Shown in pieces: positions 49,532-59,858 of a stretch of DNA of 64,000 bases. The DNA is from a bacterium (GTDB taxonomy: Bacteria > Zhuqueibacterota > Zhuqueibacteria > Residuimicrobiales > Krinioviventaceae). A model generated the notes under the pieces. It had not been told where the DNA came from. It ran no database searches and was given only the letters and a program-made list of their open reading frames with translations. The number at the start of each line of letters is the position of its first letter. Position 1 is the stretch's first letter. Location of the stretch: the NCBI GenBank assembly GCA_963675755.2, contig CAXXMD010000002.1:1600001-1664000 (forward strand), read 5' to 3'. The position numbers were made by a program, and so were the translations under genes.

Positions 49532-50950
49532 TCAAGGTTTTTTAGAAAATCCAGGTTTATAGTAATACACCAACCCGCTCAAGGTCAAGAGTACTCCCAG
49601 CAGCGATGGCAGCGGTGCCGAAATCAGCGTAACTACCATAAACCAGATATGGATGAGCAGTACTATAATCAGAGTAAAGGGATAAAACGGCACCCGAAAC
49701 GGTCGTTTGATTTGCGGATATTTTTTTCTCAAAACCCATACCGCCGCAAATGTGGATACGTTAAACACTGCAGAGGTAAATGAAAAATAATCAATTACAG
49801 CCTCGTAAGCATATTCTGCAAAGGCCGCTCCCAATAACAGTACGGTTGCCCAGGCACCCTGTACCAAAAGCGCGGTATTGGGTGTTTTGTATTTGGGATG
49901 GAGTTTGCTCAGGGGTTTAAAAAACAGTCCGTCCTGAGACATGGCGTACCATGTCCGGGCTTTGCACAGTACCTGGGTTGAGATATTACCAAAGGTATTG
50001 ATCATCACTGCCGCGGCTATGAAAATCCCGCCGGTCACCCCAACCGCCTTGTTCATGGCCTCTGTTGCCACCCACTTGCTGGTTTTGATCACCTCGGGCG
50101 AAAGCTGATACAGATACGCCGAATTGACCGCCAGGTACAACAGCATAACCCCGGCTATACCCAGGATGATGGACAATGGCAGATTTTTGCGCGGATTTTT
50201 AACTTCTTCCGCAACATAGGTTGCTCCCTCCCATCCGCTGTAGGCAAAAAATCCATATCGCATGGCCGCACCAAAAGCGATCATGGTGGACCAGCTCCAT
50301 TCCTCGGGCCAGAATTGCGTGGTAAAATGCGAGATCTCGCCCGCACGACTGAATCCGAAATAGACAATCATCAGTAACGCCAGAAATTTAACAGCGCTGA
50401 ACAGGTTTTGAATTTTACCGCTGAGCGCCACACCAAAACAATTCACCAGCGTCAGCAACCACATTGCACAAAATGCAATAAGCAGTTCAAGGGTATGAGA
50501 AATATGGTTCCCGGAAATAGAAAACAAAAAAGAGTTGAAATACTCGGCAAAAACCAGCGCAACCGCAACAATGGCAGCGGTTTCCGAGACAAAAAACATG
50601 GCCCATCCGCGCAGGAACGTCCAGACCGGAGGGTATGCGGCTTTGAGATAAGCATAAGGCCCGCCCGATTTGGGCATCATGGCTACCAGTTCCGCGTAAC
50701 AAAAAGCGCCCAGCAGGGTGGCAATGCCTCCCAATATCCAGACGCCATAAAATAAACTAATCGATGCGGTAAGGAGCATAATCGTTCCGGGCGTACGAAA
50801 AATCCCGGAACCGATTATCCTTCCAAAAACAATGGATAACGCTTCGGTAAGGCCCAAACGTCGTTCGAGACCGGTTTGTTCAGAGAATAATGTGTTCTCC
50901 TCCCCTGCCGGTTCTCTGCTTTCAGGAATTGAACGATTGGGTTCACTCAC
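49532..50950 (-). CDS. APC-family amino acid permease
   Basis: IIGSGIFRTP, CYAELVAMMPKSGGPYAYL, FAYSGWE, EEVKNPRKNLP. Confidence 0.92.
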   Translation of the reverse strand: MSEPNRSIPESREPAGEENTLFSEQTGLERRLGLTEALSIVFGRIIGSGIFRTPGTIMLLTASISLFYGVWILGGIATLLGAFCYAELVAMMPKSGGPYAYLKAAYPPVWTFLRGWAMFFVSETAAIVAVALVFAEYFNSFLFSISGNHISHTLELLIAFCAMWLLTLVNCFGVALSGKIQNLFSAVKFLALLMIVYFGFSRAGEISHFTTQFWPEEWSWSTMIAFGAAMRYGFFAYSGWEGATYVAEEVKNPRKNLPLSIILGIAGVMLLYLAVNSAYLYQLSPEVIKTSKWVATEAMNKAVGVTGGIFIAAAVMINTFGNISTQVLCKARTWYAMSQDGLFFKPLSKLHPKYKTPNTALLVQGAWATVLLLGAAFAEYAYEAVIDYFSFTSAVFNVSTFAAVWVLRKKYPQIKRPFRVPFYPFTLIIVLLIHIWFMVVTLISAPLPSLLGVLLTLSGLVYYYKPGFSKKP

Positions 50951-50961
50951 CTGCGCTACCG

Positions 50962-52380
50962 TTATAATTTAAAGTTTTTCTTGGACAGGTTGTAGGTCAA
51001 GTCTACAATCACTTCTTCCGCTTCATCCATATCCATAACATGTTCGGAAACCAGTCCCGCCAGGAAGCGGCAGTCAATACGACGCGCAACATCATGGCGC
51101 GCGGGAATGGATGGGAACGCGCGGGTATCATCAATGAATCCTACGGTATTATAGAAACCTGCAGTCTCGGTAACCATTTCACGGAAGCGCAGCATTCCTT
51201 CGCGACTGTCATGGAACCACCAGGACGGACCCAGTTTCATAGCCGGATAATGACCCGCAAGCGGGGCCAGATCACGTGAATAGGTGGTTTCATCAATAGT
51301 AAACATGATCAAAGTCAGATCAGGATTGTTGCCGTATTTGTTCAACAGCGGTTTCAGGTTTTGTACATACTCTGTGGTCATGGGGATGTCACAGCCTTTA
51401 TCCAGACCAAACTTGTCAAATACAACCTGGTTATGGTTACGGTATACTCCGGGATGTATCTGCATAGAGAGTCCGTCTTCAATACTCATACGTGCCATTT
51501 CCATAATCATGTGGCCGGTAAACTGTTTTGCGTCTTCAGGGGTGGCTTTGCCTTGCAGGGCCTTGTCGTACAATTGAGATGCTTCATTTTCACTCAACTC
51601 GACTGTATAGGGATACAAAACACCCTGATCTGTTGAAGTACAGCCCATTTCTTTAAAGAATGCACGACGGTTTTCCATCGCCTGAATGTAACCTTTATAG
51701 GTAGAGCAATCAATTCCACTCATTTGAGTCAGTTTGTCAATATTGGATTTCCATCCTTTATACATAAAATCGGTTACATTATCGGGACGAAACGCGGGCA
51801 CGACTCTGCCGTTCCAGCCGCTTTCACGAATCGCTTTGTGATGTTCCAGAGTATCGATTGGCGAGTCGGTTGTACTCAATACTTCGATATTAAATTTTTC
51901 AAACATGGCGCGGGGCAGGTTTTCCGGTTTTTTCAGGGTTTCCTGTATTTCATCATAAATTTCCATAGCGGTTTCAGAAGTCAAGCGTTTCCGAATTCCC
52001 AATACTTCGTACAACTCGTGTTTCAACCAGTTACCGGTGGGAGTAGCGCGGTACAGGTAAAAATTGTCCGCAACGATCTGCCAGATTTTACGGTGGTCCT
52101 GCTCTGTATCTCCACCATCCACACGGGGAACACCTAAAGATTCCAAAGGAATACCCTGTGAGTACAGCATACGGAACAGGTAATGATCGGGAATGACCAG
52201 CAGTTCAGCGGGATCAGGAAACGGGGTATTGTTGGCAAACAAGGACGGATCAACATGTCCATGCGGACACAACAATGGCAGATCTTTGATCAAACTGAAC
52301 AAATGACGCGCAATCTCCCGTTGTCCGGGATCTGCGCTGAAATATCTATCATCGCTTAATTCTAAAGGTTTAACAGACAT
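50962..52380 (-). CDS. uxaC: Glucuronate isomerase
   Basis: CPHGHVDP, PDHYLFRML, QIHPG, WWFHDS, GFIDDTRAFPSIPARHD. Confidence 0.93.
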   Translation of the reverse strand: MSVKPLELSDDRYFSADPGQREIARHLFSLIKDLPLLCPHGHVDPSLFANNTPFPDPAELLVIPDHYLFRMLYSQGIPLESLGVPRVDGGDTEQDHRKIWQIVADNFYLYRATPTGNWLKHELYEVLGIRKRLTSETAMEIYDEIQETLKKPENLPRAMFEKFNIEVLSTTDSPIDTLEHHKAIRESGWNGRVVPAFRPDNVTDFMYKGWKSNIDKLTQMSGIDCSTYKGYIQAMENRRAFFKEMGCTSTDQGVLYPYTVELSENEASQLYDKALQGKATPEDAKQFTGHMIMEMARMSIEDGLSMQIHPGVYRNHNQVVFDKFGLDKGCDIPMTTEYVQNLKPLLNKYGNNPDLTLIMFTIDETTYSRDLAPLAGHYPAMKLGPSWWFHDSREGMLRFREMVTETAGFYNTVGFIDDTRAFPSIPARHDVARRIDCRFLAGLVSEHVMDMDEAEEVIVDLTYNLSKKNFKL

Positions 52381-52399
52381 TGAACTTCCTTTCTATTAT

Positions 52400-53383
52400 T
52401 TAACTCTTAATTTTGGACTTTTTTACTTTGACCTGAACAGACTTTTTCTGTCCATACAACGCAAGCTGACTGCCCAAAAATACCAGCCGCAGGCCAATCT
52501 TGATAAAAATAAAAATCTGCTGCAAAACAACCAATATGATCAACACAAAAATCCCGGTGGGATTGATAATCTCTAAAAGACCGCCAAAAACAAGCATAAC
52601 CGCAGCGCTGATCAAAAGTAATAATCCATACAATCCAAAAGTTTTCAATGGATGTCCTACAACAAACTTGAATGCCAGCCAGATACAAAACCATGAGGAC
52701 TCGTGGTTTTCTTTGATCAGTATAATTTTAGCATAATCAAACACGATTTTGATCAATACAAACAGCAATGCAAAAATCAAATAGCCGCCAAAATTCAACC
52801 ACCAGACCGCTTTTTCGCTCATTAAAGGAGCGGCTATGGCATCTATTACTGAAAACAATGCCGGATGCAAAAACTTGTAAATCACCAAAAACAATAATAC
52901 CATGGTCAATGCCAGTGCAAACAGGTGATGAAAGTAAAATCCCGACAATGAGAAAAACCGTCCCGTAGAATAGGAACGTTTTTCATCCGCATAAAGCGCA
53001 AGTGTACCGCCATTGAAAAAAGCTGCAATACTGATATAAACCAGTGTCAGTAAAAAAACAACCAGACTGTAGCGGGTAAAGCCTCCACTCAACAGCAGTT
53101 CAAGATTGTCAAATACCGGTCCGAATCCGCCATCAATAGCCGGGCGCAGGGTATTGATCAACCCTTCTTTGGATGCCTGTATAACACTCCACCAGTCAAC
53201 ATTAAAACCGGTTGTCAGATCGTCCCGCACGCCTTTAAAAGCAATCTCTTTACCCAGTTGGCTGGTAAAAGGAATTGCCAACAGCAGACCAGCTGCAAGG
53301 TTGACCACATAGATAATGGGGACCATTTTATAATGTTCAATTACCAAATTCAATCCGTTACGTAATGCTTTAATCATTTTCAT
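52400..53383 (-). CDS. Multi-pass membrane protein of unknown function
   Basis: Several TM segments and a 'VFDYAKI' motif; directly downstream of the M1 peptidase. Confidence 0.75.
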   Translation of the reverse strand: MKMIKALRNGLNLVIEHYKMVPIIYVVNLAAGLLLAIPFTSQLGKEIAFKGVRDDLTTGFNVDWWSVIQASKEGLINTLRPAIDGGFGPVFDNLELLLSGGFTRYSLVVFLLTLVYISIAAFFNGGTLALYADEKRSYSTGRFFSLSGFYFHHLFALALTMVLLFLVIYKFLHPALFSVIDAIAAPLMSEKAVWWLNFGGYLIFALLFVLIKIVFDYAKIILIKENHESSWFCIWLAFKFVVGHPLKTFGLYGLLLLISAAVMLVFGGLLEIINPTGIFVLIILVVLQQIFIFIKIGLRLVFLGSQLALYGQKKSVQVKVKKSKIKS

Positions 53384-53411
53384 AATTCAATTCTCCTGTT
53401 TGGAATCCATG

Positions 53412-55394
53412 TCATGAAAAAATAGCTGCCGTTTCGAGTAAATGCTGCAACCAGAAAAGCCATCTGGCGCCCCATTTCATCGCGGCAAAAGAATTACGTT
53501 CACGGTAACGGACATTGTTCGACGTATCCGTGTCCAGTACTATCTTGTGTTCGGGATCTATTTCAACCTTGTATACCGGCGAATCCACATTATAATTCAG
53601 CACGGTAACCGCATCTTTAGCATCCCAGGTCTCATGTACAATCTCACCATTTTCAAAAGATACAGCAATTTCAGCAGGTATAGCCAGGTCACCATTACGT
53701 TTCAAAACAATACGCGATTCATAACCGGAACCGGCCTTGGTGTTTGAATAGAGTTTTCCCTGTTCATCCAAACCGTTTACGGGTGATATTGGTTTTGAAC
53801 TGATATCCTGCACCATCAGATCAATATCAGCGGCACCATACAGTATCTTTTCGAAAAACCAGTTCATAGGTTCGGGAGCAATTTCATTCACCACGTCAAT
53901 AAAATCCTGCGTGGTTGGATGCTTGTAACTGTACCGGGAAGCAAAAGTTTGCATTACATTTAAAAACGTTTCGGTACCCAACAAATTTTCAAGGGTTGCC
54001 AGCATCATGGCCGCTTTATCATACGCGTGCGCCTTGTAACTGGCATAGGTAGCAAACTCCCATGAAGGTTGATTCACAGGTTCAACCATTCCCGCATTAC
54101 GATAACGATTCATACGCCTGTCCATGGGATCTAGAGTAATATCAAATGTGTATGGTATAGCAAAACCTTTACGCTCCAGATAATATTTGTAATGCGAAAT
54201 ATAACCATAAGCGGCGTTCAAAGCCCGAATATCGGAAAAGGATGTAAAGCCCTCATCAATCCAGGGTTCTTCAAACTCGTTACTTGCAACCAGTCCATAC
54301 CAGAATTGATGACCCATCTCGTGCATAACCGTCCATTCCGGTGACATGTTACGTTTGGCCTCATTGCAAGACACAGCAACGGTAATCAGGGTAGGATACT
54401 CCATACTCGCGGTCTTTGTGCACGGGGGTGTATCTACAATAGTGAGCTGCTTGTAGGGATACGGTGTATACCACGTACCATAATAGCTGAGGGAATTTTT
54501 AGCTGCATCCAGAAACCGGTCTGCGAATTTTTCGTGTTCGGGCAGGTACAGCAGTTTAATCTCTACAGGGGGCAATCCCTCTGATTCGAATTGAGCGGTT
54601 TTTGTGAGGAATTTGGGATAAGCAGTAAAAGCAAAATCATGAATACAATCCTGGGTGACAGTATAAACCGTATTTTCACCAGATGGTTTGGGTTCTGACA
54701 TTTCACCTGTTGCACCCACAACAAAACCATTCGGTACAGTTAATTCAACATGGTAGCTGCCAAAATCCGCAAAATACTCGCTGGTTTGGTGATACTGATG
54801 ACAGTTCCAACCTTTATCGGTTAACACACCAATCTTGGGGAACCATTGTGATATCATATAGAAATCCTGCTTGTATCCGGCACGAATACCGAGATATGGA
54901 ATTTTGGTAGTAAATTCAAAATCAAAATGGATCTCCTGCCCTTTCTGAACCGGTTCAGGTAATGATAAAATAAAAACCGTCATATCAGCTTTATTATCAT
55001 CATCCGGTTGCACAAATTCTAATGATGGCAGTAAATCAGTATCAGAAAAAAGGTCCTTGCAGGACGCGGATACAGCGCTAATATCCAGCGCTCCCCAGCC
55101 ATTATCAGGCCAGTTGCTGTCAAACATACCAAAAGGTTTGGGATCTGCATTGACTTCTCTGACAAACGTGCTTGAGGAATTTCGAAATGCGTTGAGATAA
55201 GCGTGGAAATAGACCTTGTCCACAGCAATTTCCGAGGTGTGGGTCCAATCCAGCTGCATTTTACCGGTAACGGCATTTTCTTCCGGCAAGAGTTGTGCGG
55301 AAATTTTGTAACGGACAATCTGCTCACATGGAACTTGTGAAAACACGGGAATTGTGAAAATCAAAAGTGCGACTAGAACCAGTAATCGTTTCAT
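53412..55394 (-). CDS. M1 family zinc aminopeptidase
   Basis: SMEYP, HEMGHQFW...EPWIDEG (HExxH-X18-E), AYDKA; signal peptide from MKRLLV. Confidence 0.9.
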   Translation of the reverse strand: MKRLLVLVALLIFTIPVFSQVPCEQIVRYKISAQLLPEENAVTGKMQLDWTHTSEIAVDKVYFHAYLNAFRNSSSTFVREVNADPKPFGMFDSNWPDNGWGALDISAVSASCKDLFSDTDLLPSLEFVQPDDDNKADMTVFILSLPEPVQKGQEIHFDFEFTTKIPYLGIRAGYKQDFYMISQWFPKIGVLTDKGWNCHQYHQTSEYFADFGSYHVELTVPNGFVVGATGEMSEPKPSGENTVYTVTQDCIHDFAFTAYPKFLTKTAQFESEGLPPVEIKLLYLPEHEKFADRFLDAAKNSLSYYGTWYTPYPYKQLTIVDTPPCTKTASMEYPTLITVAVSCNEAKRNMSPEWTVMHEMGHQFWYGLVASNEFEEPWIDEGFTSFSDIRALNAAYGYISHYKYYLERKGFAIPYTFDITLDPMDRRMNRYRNAGMVEPVNQPSWEFATYASYKAHAYDKAAMMLATLENLLGTETFLNVMQTFASRYSYKHPTTQDFIDVVNEIAPEPMNWFFEKILYGAADIDLMVQDISSKPISPVNGLDEQGKLYSNTKAGSGYESRIVLKRNGDLAIPAEIAVSFENGEIVHETWDAKDAVTVLNYNVDSPVYKVEIDPEHKIVLDTDTSNNVRYRERNSFAAMKWGARWLFWLQHLLETAAIFS

Positions 55395-55429
55395 GTTTCG
55401 CTCCAATTCAATTTTGGGTCCCATCCGAA

Positions 55430-56245
55430 TTAACGTTTTACAATTTTATATTCGATTTTGTATTGATCAATATGTTTATGCGCATATTGCATTGCCGATT
55501 CACGGTCCTGGAAACGACCGACCCAAACAGCATAAAAAGTACGATCTCGTACCTGTTTCTCTCGAATTTCAACATAGTGGTCGGGTTGAAATTTCTCTTT
55601 AACTTTTACAGCGTTTTCCTGAACGCTAAAAGCACCTATCTGGATTGAGTAATGATACACTTCTTTGGTTTGTGGTACAGGCTTGGGTTTGGGTTGTGCT
55701 GGTTTTGTGTTTTTCTCCAATTCTTTCCACAAATCTTCATTTTCAAGATCCATGACCGCCATATTCACAAATGGAGAAGACTGGGCGTTTTTCACAAATG
55801 CCTGTAAAAACATGTATGAGGAATCCAGTTTACCTTCGCCATAGTAGCTTTGACAAAACAGATATTGAACACGATCGATAATGCCAGATTGGGGATATTG
55901 CCGTATAAACTGTTGAAAGACTTGGCGCGCAGTGCTGTAATCGCCGGTGGAATAATAATATTGACCCATGCGGAACAAAGATTCATCAGCAAATTGTGAA
56001 TCCGGGAATTGTTTATGGACCTTTTCAAAACTAACAAGAGCGTTCAGGGCGTCTTGTTCAAATACGCCTTTAAAAAACATAACAACAGGATGATTGGGGT
56101 AATCTCTTTCAAGATCGGGAAGTAACTCCTCAAGTTCATCCAATTGATCATTATAAAACAAAACCTGAGCGTTCTTGATAGCAGTTTGTCCCATCCCCAA
56201 AGATATTATACAAATCAACAACAAGAGTATATTACGGATATGCAA
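55430..56245 (-). CDS. TPR + SPOR domain periplasmic protein
   Basis: TPR-like repeats (FPDSQFADESLFRMG); C-terminal YSIQIGAFS..ENA..YAVWVGRF SPOR domain. Confidence 0.85.
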   Translation of the reverse strand: MHIRNILLLLICIISLGMGQTAIKNAQVLFYNDQLDELEELLPDLERDYPNHPVVMFFKGVFEQDALNALVSFEKVHKQFPDSQFADESLFRMGQYYYSTGDYSTARQVFQQFIRQYPQSGIIDRVQYLFCQSYYGEGKLDSSYMFLQAFVKNAQSSPFVNMAVMDLENEDLWKELEKNTKPAQPKPKPVPQTKEVYHYSIQIGAFSVQENAVKVKEKFQPDHYVEIREKQVRDRTFYAVWVGRFQDRESAMQYAHKHIDQYKIEYKIVKR

Positions 56246-57395
56246 TTTTCACCCTTTTCGCTGAATTCCATGCCCTGCATTCAGGACAGTGCCAAAAGTA
56301 ATCATTTGACTGGTAGTTACAATCTGCACAAACAAAATTATGATGATCCGCAACAATTTCCTGGGCAAGTTTTTCCGCCAAATTTGCCGCCTGATCTTTC
56401 ATACCCAGTTTACTGCGCAAACGAATAAGCATGATTTTAAGTTCAAGACGGGAATCGTCTTTTTCCATCGCTTTTTTACAGATGTCAATTGCCTGTAAAA
56501 GCTCTCCTTTTTTCTCCAACAGATCAGACAATCCAATATAAGCTTCAATTACATCAGGATTGGTTTTCATCAAATCCATGTAAAGCTTTTCAATCTCACT
56601 AAACTGGCCCATATCAAACAAAACTTGTTTCAATCTTGAAAACGCAAGATATGCCTGCTCAGGGGCACGTTGAATTAATTGCTTTAGTGCAGCAAGCGCA
56701 TCTTTTAAACGATTTTCACGGATATAGCTATCTGCCAGTTCCTGATAACCACCTGCACATGATTTATCAAGTTTGATTGCTTCTCTAAAACAAATTCTAG
56801 CCTCATGTTCTTTTTTCAGGGCAGCAAGAGATAATCCTTCTTCAACCTTGTAACAGGCAAGTATTCTGTTTTTATTATCTTTAGAATTTTTCTCACTTTT
56901 TCTAAACAGTACAAAAGCGTTTCGCCAGTCACCCATTTCTTCATAAACGGATAACAGCATATCTTTGGTCCATTGTGAATTTTTATTCATACTCAGAACC
57001 TGTTCGCAGGCATCAACTGCCTGTGAATAGCTACCGAGTTGTTGATAATCAAGTGCCAGAGATTTATATATAGCAATACGCTTGTGATCTGATAATTCTT
57101 CACGCACCAGCAAATCACGATGGACTTTGACAGCCTGATCGGCATGGCCCTGTGCTCTGAGTATATCTCCAATCTTGATATATGCATCAATTAAATCTGT
57201 ATTTAATCTAACTGTCTTTCTGAGATGCTCAAGGGCTTTATCGTTTTCGCCATTGATCATGTGATTCAGACCGGCAATATACTCCAAATGTGCCTGGTTC
57301 AGCGGAGACATTTTACGTTTGATCTTGATGATAATAAAACCCAACGCCAGAATAAATACAATCAGTGATAATGCAACAATATGGATTACCTCCAT
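56232..57395 (-). CDS. lapB: LPS assembly protein B (YciM)-like
   Basis: N-terminal TM helix, TPRs, C-terminal rubredoxin CADC...WHCPECRAW. Confidence 0.88.
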   Translation of the reverse strand: MEVIHIVALSLIVFILALGFIIIKIKRKMSPLNQAHLEYIAGLNHMINGENDKALEHLRKTVRLNTDLIDAYIKIGDILRAQGHADQAVKVHRDLLVREELSDHKRIAIYKSLALDYQQLGSYSQAVDACEQVLSMNKNSQWTKDMLLSVYEEMGDWRNAFVLFRKSEKNSKDNKNRILACYKVEEGLSLAALKKEHEARICFREAIKLDKSCAGGYQELADSYIRENRLKDALAALKQLIQRAPEQAYLAFSRLKQVLFDMGQFSEIEKLYMDLMKTNPDVIEAYIGLSDLLEKKGELLQAIDICKKAMEKDDSRLELKIMLIRLRSKLGMKDQAANLAEKLAQEIVADHHNFVCADCNYQSNDYFWHCPECRAWNSAKRVKIAYP

Positions 57396-57399
57396 AGAA

Positions 57400-57756
57400 C
57401 TACTCCTTGCTGATGCTGGTTGAATTACCGGTTGTTATTGCTTTGGGGGCTTCTTTGGTTACTGCTTCTTCAACGGATACATTTCGCAGTCTGTTCAATT
57501 CATCTTTGAGTTTTTTCAACTCTTTTTTCACTTTACGGTTTTCATTCCGCATTCCCAGCATTTGTATTATAGATATAACAACCCAGAACAACAAACCGGC
57601 TACAAAAGAAACATACATGATTACCCAAAGCGGTAAATCTGTAGAGGTCTGCCATTTCAGGAATTTAACCGGAACAGATACATCTGTGTTTTGCATTGCA
57701 AAGCCAATGACAAAAATAACCATAATGGCTCCAACAATCCAGCGAATTACCCACAT
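57400..57756 (-). CDS. lapA: LPS assembly protein A family
   Basis: Two TM helices with FAMQN..VPVKFL..LPLWV; adjacent to lapB. Confidence 0.82.
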   Translation of the reverse strand: MWVIRWIVGAIMVIFVIGFAMQNTDVSVPVKFLKWQTSTDLPLWVIMYVSFVAGLLFWVVISIIQMLGMRNENRKVKKELKKLKDELNRLRNVSVEEAVTKEAPKAITTGNSTSISKE

Positions 57757-57833
57757 ATTTGCCTCCAATAATTAACCTTATAAAAGGTATAATAATCGAA
57801 TGATAAATCAAAATTTTTTTTTGGTTCCATAAA

Positions 57834-57865
57834 AAAAAGAGCCGGACAAACACTTGCCCGGCTCT
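57834..57865 (-). terminator. Rho-independent terminator of rpsA
   Basis: Minus strand AGAGCCGGGCAAG...TTGTCCGGCTCTTTTTTT. Confidence 0.8.
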
Positions 57866-57888
57866 GTATAATAATTCCGTAATACGGA

Positions 57889-59832
57889 TTATTCTTCTGT
57901 TTTTTCCTCAGCTTTTGCGTCTGCTTCTGGTTCTTCAGCTTTTGCTTCTGCTGCGGGTGCCGGCTTGGTTTCCGGTTTTGCTTTTTTAGGTTTTCTTCCA
58001 CCATCCTGCATGGAAAGTTCGTTATCCATTTCTTCTGTATCAACTTTTTGAGAAAAATCGATATCAGATTTTTCTGACAAGACGATTTTCTTGTTCTCTT
58101 TATTGAATTCGATAACGGTCAATTCCAAATCATCATCAATCTGGTAACCATCAGCAGGTTTGCTAATGTTTTCTTTTGCCAGTTGAGACATGGGTACAAA
58201 ACCATCAACACCTTGAGGCAATTCAGCCAACAAGCCTTTTTCAATCAAACGTACAACTTTACCAGGGATCTTTGTTCCTACTTTGTAGGTATTTTCAAAT
58301 ACATCCCAGGGATTGTCTTGAGTTTGTTTGAAACCGAGAGAGATACGACGATTGTCTTTATCAACATTCAATACAACAACTTCGATCTCGTCTCCTTTTT
58401 TCACAACCTCTCCCGGGTGGCGGATCTTTTTCGTCCAGGACAAGTCAGAAATATGAATCAATCCGTCAATACCTTCTTCCAGTTCAACAAACGCACCAAA
58501 GTTGGTCAGGTTGCGAACTTTGCCGGTATGACGTGTGCCGACCGGGTAACGTTCGGACAATGATTCCCATGGATCCGGTTCCAATTGTTTCAGACCCAGA
58601 GAAATTTTGCGGTCATCTTTTTGGATACTCAGTACTTTGGCTTCAACCATTTCACCTACAGCAAGTATCTTTGACGGATGCTTGATATGTTGTGTCCATG
58701 ACATTTCGGAAATATGGATCAAGCCTTCAACACCTTTTTCCAGTTCTACAAAGGCACCGTAATCGGAAATGCTGACAACTTTACCACGGACAACAGTGTC
58801 AACCGGGTATTTTTTCTCAACATCTTCCCATGGATGCGCTTGCAGTTGTTTCAATCCCAGAGAGATTCTATCTTTATCATCATTGAAATCAAGAATTACA
58901 ACATTGATTTTTTCATCAAGGGCAACAACTTCAGATGGGTGAGATACACGACCCCATGACAAGTCGTTGATGTGAAGCAATCCGTCCACACCGCCCAAAT
59001 CGATAAATACACCAAAGTCAGTTATATTTTTAACAGTACCTTCAAGTACCTGTCCGCGTTCGAGTTCTTGCAGGATCTTTTCACGTTGTCCCTTCATTTC
59101 CTGTTCTACCAGTACTCTGTGAGATACAACAATGTTTTTACGCGCATGGTTAACTTTGACAATTTTGAAATCCATCATACTGTCAATCAAAGAGTCAAAA
59201 TCGCGAATTGGGCGTACATCAATCTGTGAACCGGGCAAGAACGCATCCACACCACCAAGGTCAACAACAATACCACCCTTGATTCGGCGAACACATTTAC
59301 CCTGCAGAATATCTCCGCGTTCATAAGATTCAATAACTTTTTCCCAAATGCGCATAAAGTCGGCTTTCTTTTTAGAAAGTACAAGATAGCCGTCGACATC
59401 TTCAATCTCATCAATAAAGACCTCGATATTGTCACCAACGATAATATCGCTACGTTCCAGGAACTCTTCTACCAGAATAGTTCCTTCTGATTTAAAACCG
59501 ATGTCAATAGAAACTTCCTTGTCATTTACAGCAAGAACTTTACCGAAAACAACCTGGCCGGGTTTAAAGTCTACAAGTGTACCTTCATAGAGTTTTTCAA
59601 GATCTTTAAACTCTTGTTCAGTATACTCTTGTTCCAGTCTATCCAGTTCTTCCAGGGTTGCTACTGCTGGTTTTGCTGCAGGCTCTGAAGCTTCCGTTAC
59701 GGGTTCAGGTGCAGTTGCAGGTGCTTCAACTGTAGCCTGTTCCTCATTGGCCTTGGGTGTTGCTTGTTCACTTGATTCAACGCTATTATTAGCATCTTCT
59801 TCAAGTGGGTTAGGGTTTGTTTGTTCGTTCAT
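57889..59832 (-). CDS. rpsA: 30S ribosomal protein S1
   Basis: Six S1 repeats (DIGFKSEG, AFLPGSQID, FGVFIDLGGVDGLLHI, YGAFVELEKGVEGLIHISEMSW). Confidence 0.97.
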   Translation of the reverse strand: MNEQTNPNPLEEDANNSVESSEQATPKANEEQATVEAPATAPEPVTEASEPAAKPAVATLEELDRLEQEYTEQEFKDLEKLYEGTLVDFKPGQVVFGKVLAVNDKEVSIDIGFKSEGTILVEEFLERSDIIVGDNIEVFIDEIEDVDGYLVLSKKKADFMRIWEKVIESYERGDILQGKCVRRIKGGIVVDLGGVDAFLPGSQIDVRPIRDFDSLIDSMMDFKIVKVNHARKNIVVSHRVLVEQEMKGQREKILQELERGQVLEGTVKNITDFGVFIDLGGVDGLLHINDLSWGRVSHPSEVVALDEKINVVILDFNDDKDRISLGLKQLQAHPWEDVEKKYPVDTVVRGKVVSISDYGAFVELEKGVEGLIHISEMSWTQHIKHPSKILAVGEMVEAKVLSIQKDDRKISLGLKQLEPDPWESLSERYPVGTRHTGKVRNLTNFGAFVELEEGIDGLIHISDLSWTKKIRHPGEVVKKGDEIEVVVLNVDKDNRRISLGFKQTQDNPWDVFENTYKVGTKIPGKVVRLIEKGLLAELPQGVDGFVPMSQLAKENISKPADGYQIDDDLELTVIEFNKENKKIVLSEKSDIDFSQKVDTEEMDNELSMQDGGRKPKKAKPETKPAPAAEAKAEEPEADAKAEEKTEE

Positions 59833-59858
59833 AATTAGATGAAACCTCCTTATTTATT

